This document shows, piece by piece, positions 55,696 through 64,000 of a DNA stretch of 64,000 bases. The notes under the pieces were generated by a model that did not search any database, was not told the DNA's origin, and saw only the letters and a program-made list of their open reading frames with translations. This DNA is from Clostridia bacterium. GTDB lineage: Bacteria > Bacillota > Clostridia > Oscillospirales > CAG-272. Position numbers and translations under genes: made by a program. The stretch is from positions 91,993-155,992 of the forward strand of contig JAGBFG010000043.1 of assembly GCA_017936565.1 (NCBI GenBank), in the 5' to 3' direction. Every line of letters begins with the position of its first letter. Positions within the stretch are counted from its first letter, which is position 1.

Positions 55696-56490
55696 ATGCA
55701 AACCTCATTCTCTCAACTTCCCCAACGGGAAGCCCCCCTTGCCGATCAAATTCTGTGCGCGGCGCTTGACATTGGCGAGCACATTTTAAGAAGCGGCGGC
55801 GAAATTCACCGTGTAGAAGACACCATAGAGCGTATATGTACCGCCTTTGGCGCTTGTTACGTCGAGGTTTTCAGCATTCCCTCTCTCATTATGGCTTCCG
55901 TTCGATTAGAGGACGGTAGCCTTTCCTACCAGATGCGCCGCATCTATCATACGGAAAACAATCTGTATCTCTTGGAAGAAATGAATAAGCTCTCCCGCCG
56001 TCTTTGCGACGGTACCTTGCCCCTTTCCGAGCTTCGTCCCGCTATTGAGAAGGCAAAAAGCGCAAGGCCTTATCCTCTCTGGCTTCTTTATCTTGCCTCA
56101 GCATTAGGAGCCGGCGGCTTCGCCGTCTTTTTCGGCGGTACGTGGAGAGACGCGATATCAGGCGCGCTTGTAGGGCTTTTGCTTTACCTGTTGCAGCGCC
56201 ATATTCCCCCCTTTGTCAACCCGATGATAAACACCGTTATCCGTTCCTTTCTGGCGGGGATTGGCGGTATTCTTTTGGTCTATATCGGGCTTGGTCAAAA
56301 TACGGATAAAATTATGATTGGCACGATTATGCTGCTCATACCGGGTCTTGAATTAAGCACCGCCGTCCGTGATATGCTTGGCGGCGACCTTTTGACAGGC
56401 TCCTTGCGCTTTCTGCAATCGGTGCTTTGCGCGCTGATGATTGCCTTTGGCTTTGCCTTAGCGATTTTCTCATTATCTTCTCTCGTATAA
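55696..56490 (+). CDS. Threonine/serine exporter family protein (ThrE N-type, DUF1212)
   Basis: LDIGEHILRSGGEIHRVEDTIERI signature followed by five TM helices. Confidence 0.8.
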   Translation: MQTSFSQLPQREAPLADQILCAALDIGEHILRSGGEIHRVEDTIERICTAFGACYVEVFSIPSLIMASVRLEDGSLSYQMRRIYHTENNLYLLEEMNKLSRRLCDGTLPLSELRPAIEKAKSARPYPLWLLYLASALGAGGFAVFFGGTWRDAISGALVGLLLYLLQRHIPPFVNPMINTVIRSFLAGIGGILLVYIGLGQNTDKIMIGTIMLLIPGLELSTAVRDMLGGDLLTGSLRFLQSVLCALMIAFGFALAIFSLSSLV

Positions 56491-56530
56491 GCGCCTATTC
56501 TGTCTGCCGTCTATGGCAAAAGGAGGTTCT

Positions 56531-56974
56531 ATGCCGTTTTTTTCCACTCTTTTGGCTACCTTAATCGGAAGTCTTGGCTTTGCTCTGCTCTTTTCCGTAA
56601 AGCCCAATAAGTTATTATATGCCGTCCTGGGCGGCGGCATTGCCTTTTTGGTGTATTATCTTACCCAACAGGCAGGCTGCTTCTTTTCCAATATGCTCGC
56701 GTCCTTGGCGACAACCCTTTGGTGCGAAATCATTTCCCGTGTCAAAAAAGCCCCCGTTGTTACCTTTTTGAAGCCCTCTATCTTGGTTTTGGTGCCCGGC
56801 GGCTCTCTCTACTACACCGTTTCAGCCCTCTTGAATAAGACGTATGACGTCGCCACCGCCCGCTTGATAGAAACCGCCGAGGCGTGTCTTGGCATTGCCG
56901 CGGGCGTGCTTTTGGCTTCCCTTCTTTTTACGGTGCTTCTCTCCTTTGGCAAGAAAGCAAAAAGCACAAATTGA
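56531..56974 (+). CDS. Threonine/serine exporter family protein (ThrE C-type, DUF3815)
   Basis: Four- or five-TM small protein. AAAGGAGG precedes the ATG. It is the canonical partner downstream of a DUF1212 gene. Confidence 0.75.
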   Translation: MPFFSTLLATLIGSLGFALLFSVKPNKLLYAVLGGGIAFLVYYLTQQAGCFFSNMLASLATTLWCEIISRVKKAPVVTFLKPSILVLVPGGSLYYTVSALLNKTYDVATARLIETAEACLGIAAGVLLASLLFTVLLSFGKKAKSTN

Positions 56975-57068
56975 TTTTCCTGCAAGGGCTTTTCCGAAAA
57001 CCCCATAAGCCCGCTTTTGTAAAGAAAACAAATACAAAATGAAATAGAAAAGACGTCTACCGATAGAA

Positions 57069-57115
57069 AAAGGACAGAGATTTTTGGGCTTTCCCATTCT
57101 CTGTCCTTCTTTTTG
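57069..57115 (+). terminator. Intrinsic terminator after the thrE pair
   Basis: Stem aggacagag/ctctgtcct with a 19-nt loop, followed by tctttttg. Confidence 0.65.
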
Positions 57116-57206
57116 AGCAATGACTGTTTTGATTAAAAACGGCAGGCATATTGAGCTGCACACAAGCAAAAAAGCAGTATAAAATCGCCCTTCCTATAAA
57201 AACTGC

Positions 57207-57425
57207 TCATTTGAGCTTCTTTGGCGTGTCAACAAGTCCTGCAAGATAATCAAGAGATACATTATAGAAACGCGCAAGCGTCTTATAGTGTTCTATGGGC
57301 ATTTGCCACGCACCGCTTTCCCAACGTGCATATTGTTGTTGCCGCGTTCCTAACAAGGTCGCTATTTCGGCTTGCGTCTTGTCTGCGTCCTCTCTGATAT
57401 CTCTGAGCCTTTGGTAAAATTGCAT
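57207..57425 (-). CDS. XRE-family helix-turn-helix transcriptional regulator
   Basis: 72 aa with a Cro/CI-type HTH (KTQAEIATLLGTRQQQYARWESG). Confidence 0.85.
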   Translation of the reverse strand: MQFYQRLRDIREDADKTQAEIATLLGTRQQQYARWESGAWQMPIEHYKTLARFYNVSLDYLAGLVDTPKKLK

Positions 57426-57489
57426 AGCTTATCCCCCCATGTGAGTCGTGAAAACGGCTCTTTTTTGTGCAACAAGTAAATTATAGCAT

Positions 57490-57536
57490 ACAACATATAT
57501 GTTGTGCTTGACTTTACAACACATATGTTGTACAAA
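57490..57536. promoter_or_regulatory. Divergent control region: two 16-bp palindromic operators plus a + strand promoter
   Basis: ACAACATATATGTTGT (57490-57505, a perfect palindrome) and ACAACACATATGTTGT (57516-57531). TTGACT (57508-13), 17 nt, TACAAA, with the second palindrome inside the spacer. Confidence 0.6.
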
Positions 57537-57557
57537 CACAAAAACAGGAGAAATATA

Positions 57558-57830
57558 ATGAAAGAAACACTTGAAAAGCTATGGAATGAACTGTTTGCCG
57601 AAGAGTGTGCGCTTATCAGTAGCAAAGAAGAAGGAGCGCTCGTAAAAAAGGCGGCTGAAATGCACAAAACGGTGGATGCATTATTGACAATGGAGCAAAG
57701 GGAAGCCGTTGAAGAATACATTGAGGCAGTATACGAGATGCAAGACTTTTCTGTCAAAAAGGCTTTTTTCAAGGGGTGCGAATTTGCTGTGTCCTTCTTT
57801 TTTGATACAGATTTTTTCGGGAAAGAATAA
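57558..57830 (+). CDS. Small hypothetical protein (DUF6809-like, often paired with XRE regulators in Clostridia)
   Basis: 90 aa. SD is AGGAGA. Helical with a hydrophobic C-terminus (AFFKGCEFAVSFFF). The family assignment is from memory of the pattern. Confidence 0.5.
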   Translation: MKETLEKLWNELFAEECALISSKEEGALVKKAAEMHKTVDALLTMEQREAVEEYIEAVYEMQDFSVKKAFFKGCEFAVSFFFDTDFFGKE

Positions 57831-57965
57831 AGCGAACCGCCAAAAAGCAAGCTTTCTCTTACGGCTTCTTCCTTGGGAGCGTCTTATTGCAAACGCCTTT
57901 TGTCCTCTTTTCGCATATACTGTACTGTGGCGTTATGCCAACACTATGCGGAAAGGGCTTTGCAT

Positions 57966-58730
57966 ATGGATGTGGTTTTTGTAGGTGGAGACGAGCGAAT
58001 GGCTATCTCTGCGCTTTTGCTTGAAAAAGAGGGGCACCGTGTCAAAACCGTCGGCTTGAAAACCGCCTTGCCCACCTTATCCACGGACGAAATTTTTTCC
58101 TTTGCCGAGGCGGTTGTTTTGCCGATTCCCTGCACCAAGGACGGCAAAACCGTTTTGGGAACGGATATCCCTCTTTCTCTTTTTGCCAACCCCTCTCTCA
58201 TTCTTTGGGGTGGGGCGCTTCCGCCTTTTTTGAGGAGCTTGCCCCTCGCCCACGACTTTTTGGAAGATGAGCCCTTCACCCTCTCAAACGCGCTTTTAAC
58301 GGCGCAAGGGGGAATAGCCTACGCCTTAGGGGCTACCAAAAGGGGCTTTTGGGGAATTGACGCCGCCGTTTTGGGCTTTGGAAGAATCGGGGGCTTCTTA
58401 ACGGAGATGATGCGGGGCTTTGCCGTTCCGATTTCGGTCTATGCCAGACGAGAAGAGGTGTTAACCCGTGCTTCCCTTTTAGGCTTTCAGGCAAAAAAAT
58501 GGCAGGAGCCGCTTTCGGTTCCCGAAAGGGTGGTTTTTAACACCATTCCCCAAGAAATAAACGGGCTTTCCTTTTCCCCCTCTTCCCTTGTCATAGATTT
58601 GGGCGGGGGGCTTGCCCACTATGCGTCTCATCCCGTGACTTCTTTAAGAGGTTTGCCCGGCATCTTCTCGCCCAAGGCTGCAGGAGAAATCGTATACAAA
58701 ACCCTTTCCGCCTTTTTCAGAAAGGAATAA
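57966..58730 (+). CDS. spoVFA: Dipicolinate synthase subunit A
   Basis: Rossmann-type protein directly upstream of the flavoprotein-like subunit B. Its N-terminus (VVFVGGDERM) and size fit DpaA. Confidence 0.75.
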   Translation: MDVVFVGGDERMAISALLLEKEGHRVKTVGLKTALPTLSTDEIFSFAEAVVLPIPCTKDGKTVLGTDIPLSLFANPSLILWGGALPPFLRSLPLAHDFLEDEPFTLSNALLTAQGGIAYALGATKRGFWGIDAAVLGFGRIGGFLTEMMRGFAVPISVYARREEVLTRASLLGFQAKKWQEPLSVPERVVFNTIPQEINGLSFSPSSLVIDLGGGLAHYASHPVTSLRGLPGIFSPKAAGEIVYKTLSAFFRKE

Positions 58731-58734
58731 TACT

Positions 58735-59298
58735 TTGATAGGATATGCTTTTTGCGGCTCTTTTTGCACCTTGTCGCACTCTTTGGCAGCTCTTCGTCGG
58801 TTGAAAGCTGATGGCTTGGATATTTTACCCATATTGTCAACAAGTGTTTACACAACAAGCACGCGCTTCTGGCAGGCAGATGAATTTCGCGATGCCGTTA
58901 AGGGGCTTTGCGGCGGAAAGGAGCCCATTCACACCATTGTAGATGCCGAGCCATTAGGACCCGCGCAGCCGTTGGATGCCTTGGTTATCGCGCCTTGCAC
59001 AGGAAACACATTAGCCAAAATTGCCAACGGTATAACAGACACCCCCGTCACAATGGCGGCAAAGGCGCACTTGCGCTGTGACAGACCCCTTCTTATTGCC
59101 TTAGCGTCCAACGACTCGCTGTCCGCCAATCTTTCCAACATTTCCAAGCTCCTCTTGCGCAAGCAGGTCTATTTTGTTCCTATGCGTCAAGATGACCCCG
59201 ATAAAAAGCCCCATTCTCTGGTGGCTGACTTTACCTACCTTTCCGACTGCTTGAACGCCGCCTTAGGCGCTAAGCAGCTGCGGCCTTTATTTCTGTGA
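58735..59298 (+). CDS. spoVFB: Dipicolinate synthase subunit B
   Basis: TTG start. IGYAFCGSFCT...AEPLGP...VIAPCTGNTLAKIANGITDTPV.MAAKA aligns with B. subtilis SpoVFB as I remember it. Confidence 0.85.
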   Translation: MIGYAFCGSFCTLSHSLAALRRLKADGLDILPILSTSVYTTSTRFWQADEFRDAVKGLCGGKEPIHTIVDAEPLGPAQPLDALVIAPCTGNTLAKIANGITDTPVTMAAKAHLRCDRPLLIALASNDSLSANLSNISKLLLRKQVYFVPMRQDDPDKKPHSLVADFTYLSDCLNAALGAKQLRPLFL

Positions 59299-59354
59299 TG
59301 CTTGGTCACTAAACAAAAGGAGTTTCATTTTTCGGTGTCTGCGCCTTAAAACAA

Positions 59355-59394
59355 AAAAATCGGCTTGTCCTGCTAAGACTTGCCGATTTTTTTA
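59355..59394. terminator. Bidirectional terminator between convergent spoVFB and the Sel1-repeat gene
   Basis: aaaaaaatcggc...gccgattttttt. Confidence 0.7.
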
Positions 59395-59454
59395 ATAAGA
59401 CAAGCGCAACCTCTTGGGGCGCGGCCTATCTGTTTGTGTGTATCAAGAAGCGCG

Positions 59455-61263
59455 TCAGGTAATATGCTGACGGCGGAGCAATTCCTTGCGGGCATGCAAA
59501 AATCCGCCCTTGATATTGCCCTTTTCTCCGTTAAAGCCCGCCTTTGCGGCGCGGGTATACCACGCTCCCGCGCGATCTCTGTCGAGCGGCACTCCGTCAC
59601 CAAATTCATAATGGCATCCCATCACAAACATCGCTCTGGCATAGCCCAACTGCGCGGCAATAGAACGGAAACGAATGGCCTCAACGATTTCGCCCCTGCG
59701 GTACAAAACAGTCGAAACGGAATAGAATTTCCGCCCTGTTTTGATATGGCGGCGGCGCTTCATTTCCTCTAAAATAGTCCTGGCATCGCCGTAATTCTGC
59801 TTGGCGGCGATGGTCAAAAGGCGGTTGGCAACGGCATAATCGCAAACGACGCCATCCCCCTTGAAATAGCAAACGCCAAGACAGTACACAGCCCCCAAAT
59901 GTCCTTGCTTGGTGGCTTCCTTATAGTAATGCACGGCAGAACGCATATTTTTCTTCGTGCCAATACCGTTCTGGAACATTTGCGCCAAGCGGTAGCAGGA
60001 GTTGGCGTGTCCCAATTTCGCGGCAAGGGTATATAGCTTGATAGCCTTTTCATACTCCTCTGCCTGCTGCGCGGAAATAGCGTTTTCATACAAAATGCTG
60101 ATTTTCTCGGTCAAAATCGCAAATTCCTGCTTTGCCTTTTCGTGATGCATCGCAGAGGCTCTTTCATACCAACGGTATGCCATTCCCATATCGGAATTTT
60201 CGCCGTGATGGTATTCCTGTGCCAAAAGATAAGCAGCCTCGGCTTCTCCCTGGTCTGCCGCTCTTTCGTAATAAGCGACACCGCCCTCTTTATCCACCTC
60301 ACCGCCAATGCCGTGAAGCATATAGTCTGCCAGCTTCATCATCGCCTCGGTGCTTTTGCCCTCGTCCGCGGCAATGGCAAAGCGGCGTCTGGCTTCCTCG
60401 GGGTCCTTTTCAACACCTCTGCCCTCTGCATAGCAACAAGCAAGGTGATAGTTGGCATTCACGTTGCCCGCGCGCACGCACAAATAATACATATTGGCGG
60501 CAATTTCGGGCTCTGCCTCTTGGTCTGCTTGAAGACCCAAGGCAAATCTGTCTTCCTCACGAGTGGGAATATCAATGTCGGGAATGGGGGCTTTTGTGCC
60601 CTTGCCGAGCTTTTTGATAAAGAGAAATTCAGAGATAGAACGGACCGACGCCCCTTCTGCCAGCTCACGCGCCACAGGAAGATTTTTTTCCACGCCGCTT
60701 CCCGTCGCATACATTTTCGCCAGCTTAAAGACCGCTTCTCTGTTTCCGCCCTTTGCCGCGCGTGTCAGCCAAAAGAGCGCATAGCGGTGAGAAACCTCAA
60801 CCCCATCCCCGCTCTCGTAGCAGCGGGACAATTCATAAGCGGCATCCACAGAGCCGAATTCAGCCGCAACCCGCAGCCAAAAGGTGTTGAGTCTTTTGGA
60901 AGAGCCAAAGCTGTAATCCCGCAGGCAGCAGAAAAGCTGATAGGCGGCAGGCGCATAAAGCTGCTTCGCCGCCGCTTTATACCAAACAACCGCATTGGTC
61001 ACGTTCTTTTCCGTGCCATCGCCTGTGCGCAATGCTTCGCCGTACAGATACTGCGCCTTCTTATTGCCGAAGGCTGCAAGCGTTTGTAAGCATTCCGTGC
61101 GCAAGGCGCGGTCCTGCAGCTGCTCCGCTTTTTTTATTTCTTCCCAAAGGAACTGTTGCTCCTTTTGTGACAAAACCGCCACCGTTTCGCAACGTGGACA
61201 AGACAAGCTCTCGCCCGTTGTTGCCCATTCAGTTCCGCATTTTTTACACTTCATTCGTTTCAA
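59455..61263 (-). CDS. Sel1-like repeat (SLR/TPR-type) protein with an N-terminal zinc ribbon
   Basis: The N-terminus has CKKCG...CPRC, followed by about 12 repeats of the A...Y..AA.QG...A...LG..Y..G.GV type. Confidence 0.8.
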   Translation of the reverse strand: MKRMKCKKCGTEWATTGESLSCPRCETVAVLSQKEQQFLWEEIKKAEQLQDRALRTECLQTLAAFGNKKAQYLYGEALRTGDGTEKNVTNAVVWYKAAAKQLYAPAAYQLFCCLRDYSFGSSKRLNTFWLRVAAEFGSVDAAYELSRCYESGDGVEVSHRYALFWLTRAAKGGNREAVFKLAKMYATGSGVEKNLPVARELAEGASVRSISEFLFIKKLGKGTKAPIPDIDIPTREEDRFALGLQADQEAEPEIAANMYYLCVRAGNVNANYHLACCYAEGRGVEKDPEEARRRFAIAADEGKSTEAMMKLADYMLHGIGGEVDKEGGVAYYERAADQGEAEAAYLLAQEYHHGENSDMGMAYRWYERASAMHHEKAKQEFAILTEKISILYENAISAQQAEEYEKAIKLYTLAAKLGHANSCYRLAQMFQNGIGTKKNMRSAVHYYKEATKQGHLGAVYCLGVCYFKGDGVVCDYAVANRLLTIAAKQNYGDARTILEEMKRRRHIKTGRKFYSVSTVLYRRGEIVEAIRFRSIAAQLGYARAMFVMGCHYEFGDGVPLDRDRAGAWYTRAAKAGFNGEKGNIKGGFLHARKELLRRQHIT

Positions 61264-61332
61264 CCGCCCTTCCTTGCGGGAAGGGTTCCTTTTCTTGTAA
61301 ACTTGTTTGTCAAGAAAAAACGCAAGCGCCCT

Positions 61333-62586
61333 TTATCCCTCGTACATAGGGAATCTTTGGCAAAGGCTTGCCACGCGAGCGTCAATCTCTTCCTTCTTGC
61401 CATCAAAATCACGGATAGCAAGGGTAATCAGGGAGGCGACCTCTCTCATTTCCTCTTCCTTGAAGCCGCGCGTTGTCATAGCGGGAGCGCCAACACGCAC
61501 ACCGCTTGTAACGGTGGGCTTTTCAGGGTCGCAGGGGATGGCGTTCTTGTTGACGGTGATATGCACCTCATCCAAGCGCTCTTCCAGCATCTTACCCGTA
61601 ATACCCGTTCCGCGCAAATCCAAAAGCATCAGGTGGTTGTCCGTTCCACCTGTGACAAGATTGATGCCCTGCTTCAAAAATTCGTCAGCCATAGCAGCGG
61701 CGTTTTTCACCACCTGCTGCTGATAAGCCTTAAAGGAAGGCTTCAGTGCCTCGCCAAAGCAAACCGCCTTAGCGGCAATCACGTGCATCAAGGGACCGCC
61801 TTGCGCGCCGGGGAAAATAGCCTTATCCACCGCCTTCGCCAGCTCTTCCGTGCAGAAAATAGCGCCGCCGCGAGGACCGCGAAGCGTTTTATGGGTGGTG
61901 GTGGTTACGATATCGGCATAGGGAATGGGGCTTTGGTGCAAGCCTGCCGCCACAAGACCCGCAATATGCGCCATATCCACCATCAGATAAGCGCCAACCT
62001 CCTTGGCAATATCCGCGAAAATATCAAAGCGAATGGTGCGCGGATAAGCAGATGCCCCCGCAACGATCAATTTAGGCTTGCATTCCTTTGCGGTTTTGCG
62101 TACAAAATCATAATCGATAAGCCCGTCGGCCCCAACCCCGTACGGAACAAAGCGATACAGCTTTCCCGAAAGGTTGACCGATGCGCCGTGCGTCAAGTGT
62201 CCGCCCGCGTCCAAGGACATTCCCATAACGGTATCTCCCGCGTTCAGCACAGCGGAATAGGCGGCTAAATTTGCCTGTGCGCCCGAGTGGGGTTGGACGT
62301 TTGCGTGGAACGCGCCAAACAATTTCTTTGCGCGCTCTCTTGCCAGGTCCTCAACGATGTCCACGAACTGACAACCGCCATAGTAGCGGTGCGCAGGATA
62401 CCCCTCGGCGTATTTATTGGTCAAAACAGAGCCCATTGCCGCCAAAACAGCGGGAGAAACAAAGTTCTCCGAGGCAATCAGCTCGATATTGCTGCGCTGT
62501 CTGCCGAGCTCCTTGCCCATGGCAGAGGCCACCTCTTCATCAAAGGAAGCCAAAAATCCCAGATTGTCTTGATATTCTGAATACAT
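61333..62586 (-). CDS. glyA: Serine hydroxymethyltransferase
   Basis: IELIASENF, the PLP-lysine region [14 protein letters not shown], and the conserved C-terminus. ATG at 62586 follows GGAGAAAAAT. An upstream ATG at 62631 is also possible. Confidence 0.95.
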   Translation of the reverse strand: MYSEYQDNLGFLASFDEEVASAMGKELGRQRSNIELIASENFVSPAVLAAMGSVLTNKYAEGYPAHRYYGGCQFVDIVEDLARERAKKLFGAFHANVQPHSGAQANLAAYSAVLNAGDTVMGMSLDAGGHLTHGASVNLSGKLYRFVPYGVGADGLIDYDFVRKTAKECKPKLIVAGASAYPRTIRFDIFADIAKEVGAYLMVDMAHIAGLVAAGLHQSPIPYADIVTTTTHKTLRGPRGGAIFCTEELAKAVDKAIFPGAQGGPLMHVIAAKAVCFGEALKPSFKAYQQQVVKNAAAMADEFLKQGINLVTGGTDNHLMLLDLRGTGITGKMLEERLDEVHITVNKNAIPCDPEKPTVTSGVRVGAPAMTTRGFKEEEMREVASLITLAIRDFDGKKEEIDARVASLCQRFPMYEG

Positions 62587-62664
62587 ATTTTTCTCCGTTT
62601 CCGTCTTTTTTTCGTCTTTTTGCCCCGTCATTTTCTCTTTCGGGCAGAAAGTATTCCAAGGTAT

Positions 62665-62693
62665 ATTATACTGGTTTTTTTCCTATATGTCAA
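62665..62693 (-). promoter_or_regulatory. Sigma-A-type promoter for glyA
   Basis: On the minus strand: TTGACA, 17 nt, TATAAT. Confidence 0.65.
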
Positions 62694-62809
62694 GGGTAAA
62701 CCCAAGGAAAGTATGCGATTTCATAAAAACTTCATTTTTGTTTTTTTCCCTTCTCTCTTCTGCCCATCTTTGCCGAGCAAAGCAGGCAAAAAAAGATACC
62801 TCAATAGGG

Positions 62810-62838
62810 TTGACAAAAGCAGAGAAAGGGGGTATAAT
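62810..62838 (+). promoter_or_regulatory. Sigma-A-type promoter for the MFS transporter gene
   Basis: TTGACA, 17 nt, TATAAT. Confidence 0.65.
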
Positions 62839-62883
62839 GTGTCAAGCATCCTTTTACCGTTTATTCTTAAAGAGAGCAGAGCT

Positions 62884-64000
62884 ATGAAAAACCGTTTTTT
62901 GAAATCCCATAAAAGCACGATGCTTGCCTGCTTTTGCGGCTACGTGGTGCCAGCCATTTGCAACGTGTTCGTTCCCCTTTTGTTTCTCACCTTTCAAGAG
63001 GAATACGCCATTCCGATTGAACAAATCACCCTTTTGATTTCCGTCAATTTCGGCGTGCAATTGGCCGTTGATTTTCTTTCCGCCTATTTCGTGGATAGGG
63101 TCGGCTTTCGGTTTTGCGCTGTCCTTGCCAACGCTTGCGCGGCGTCAGGGCTTATCGGCATAACGCTCCTTCCCTCTCTTTTTCCCTCTGCCTTTACGGG
63201 TCTTTTACTCTCTACCCTGATTTACGGAATCGGCGGTGGGCTTTTGGAGGTCATCGTCAGCCCTATTGTGGAAACCTGCCCCAGTAAAAACAAAGAAAAG
63301 ACAATGAGCCTGCTTCATTCCTTTTACTGCTGGGGAAGTGTCGCTGTTGTTTTGCTTTCTTCCCTGTTTTTCTTCTTGTTTGAGTTAACCGCTTGGCGTA
63401 CGATGGCGCTGCTTTGGGCGGTCTTTCCCATCTTAAACGCCGTCCTCTTTTCCCTCGTCCCCCTCTTTGCCCCCATGTCGCAGGCAGAGGGAAAAACGCC
63501 CTTTCGGGCGCTTTTGCGCGAGAGACGCTTCTTTGTTTTTCTGCTTTTGATGTTTGCCTCGGGCGCTTGTGAATTGGCGGCAACCCAATGGGCGTCGGCG
63601 TATGCAGAGGTAGAGCTTGGTCTTGGAAAATCGGTAGGGGATTTGCTTGGTCCTGTCCTCTTCTCGCTTTTGGCTGCCTTGGTGCGCACCCTTTACGGCG
63701 TCAAGGGAGAAAAAATTCCTCTTTCCCGCTTTATGCTGTATAGCGGCATCGGGTGTCTTTTTGCTTACATTCTTATTGCCGCCTCTCCTCTTGTTTTTAT
63801 GCGCGTCTTCGGGCTTGCCCTTTGCGGCGCGGCATCCGCTATTCTTTGGCCCGGCACTTACAGTCTGGCTTCCTCGACCCTACACGGTACGACGGCTATG
63901 TTTTCCTTTTTAGCCTTGGCGGGTGACCTTGGCGCTCTTTGCGGTCCTGCCCTTATCGGCTTTACAGCAGGGCTGTTCCAGAACAATTTGCGTATTGGCT
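62884..64000 (+). CDS. MFS transporter (3' end lies outside the window)
   Basis: I translated this frame by hand. It is open from the ATG at 62884 to the window end, so it is absent from the ORF track, which lists only closed ORFs. It has multiple TM helices and an MFS-like D.(V/L)GFR loop after TM2. Confidence 0.7.
   Translation, partial: MKNRFLKSHKSTMLACFCGYVVPAICNVFVPLLFLTFQEEYAIPIEQITLLISVNFGVQLAVDFLSAYFVDRVGFRFCAVLANACAASGLIGITLLPSLFPSAFTGLLLSTLIYGIGGGLLEVIVSPIVETCPSKNKEKTMSLLHSFYCWGSVAVVLLSSLFFFLFELTAWRTMALLWAVFPILNAVLFSLVPLFAPMSQAEGKTPFRALLRERRFFVFLLLMFASGACELAATQWASAYAEVELGLGKSVGDLLGPVLFSLLAALVRTLYGVKGEKIPLSRFMLYSGIGCLFAYILIAASPLVFMRVFGLALCGAASAILWPGTYSLASSTLHGTTAMFSFLALAGDLGALCGPALIGFTAGLFQNNLRIG

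Noticed and set aside
57207-59298. A prophage or integrative element around the XRE module, and mobile elements anywhere in the window.
   Set aside because: No integrase, recombinase, transposase, terminase or structural genes are present. There are no flanking att-like repeats or tRNA targets. The neighbours are chromosomal housekeeping or sporulation genes.

Overview
This 64-kb window is chromosomal DNA that looks like a spore-forming Clostridia-type Firmicute. That assignment is an inference from sigG, spoVFA/B, extended -10 promoters and a Na+/H+ pyrophosphatase. Content is almost entirely housekeeping: rimM-trmD, uvrC-rsmD-coaD, pheST, hppA, miaB-ricA-mutS-mutL-tgt, serS, hisS, secA, split transketolase, glyA. 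It also holds RNase P RNA, a TPP riboswitch in front of thiT, and a Ser T-box leader in front of serS. I found no rRNA, tRNA, CRISPR array, transposase, integrase or recognisable defence cluster, and I cannot support a novel multi-gene system here. The observations worth following up are smaller. (1) A symmetric cluster of six DnaA-box-like 9-mers lies in a 509-nt non-coding gap, with no dnaA or dnaN in the window. (2) A 78-nt three-hairpin element occurs twice at about 94% identity, with one compensatory base-pair change. (3) Two conserved genes, oadB and a GT4 glycosyltransferase, are interrupted by substitution-type in-frame stops. (4) rimM appears to be leaderless. (5) Three 13-bp tandem repeats abut the thrE start. 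(6) A 17-bp palindrome is shared between two distant intergenic regions. (7) Two paralogous unknown membrane proteins follow secA, the first overlapping its stop codon. All functional calls come from reading the translated ORFs and motifs by eye. No database search was run.
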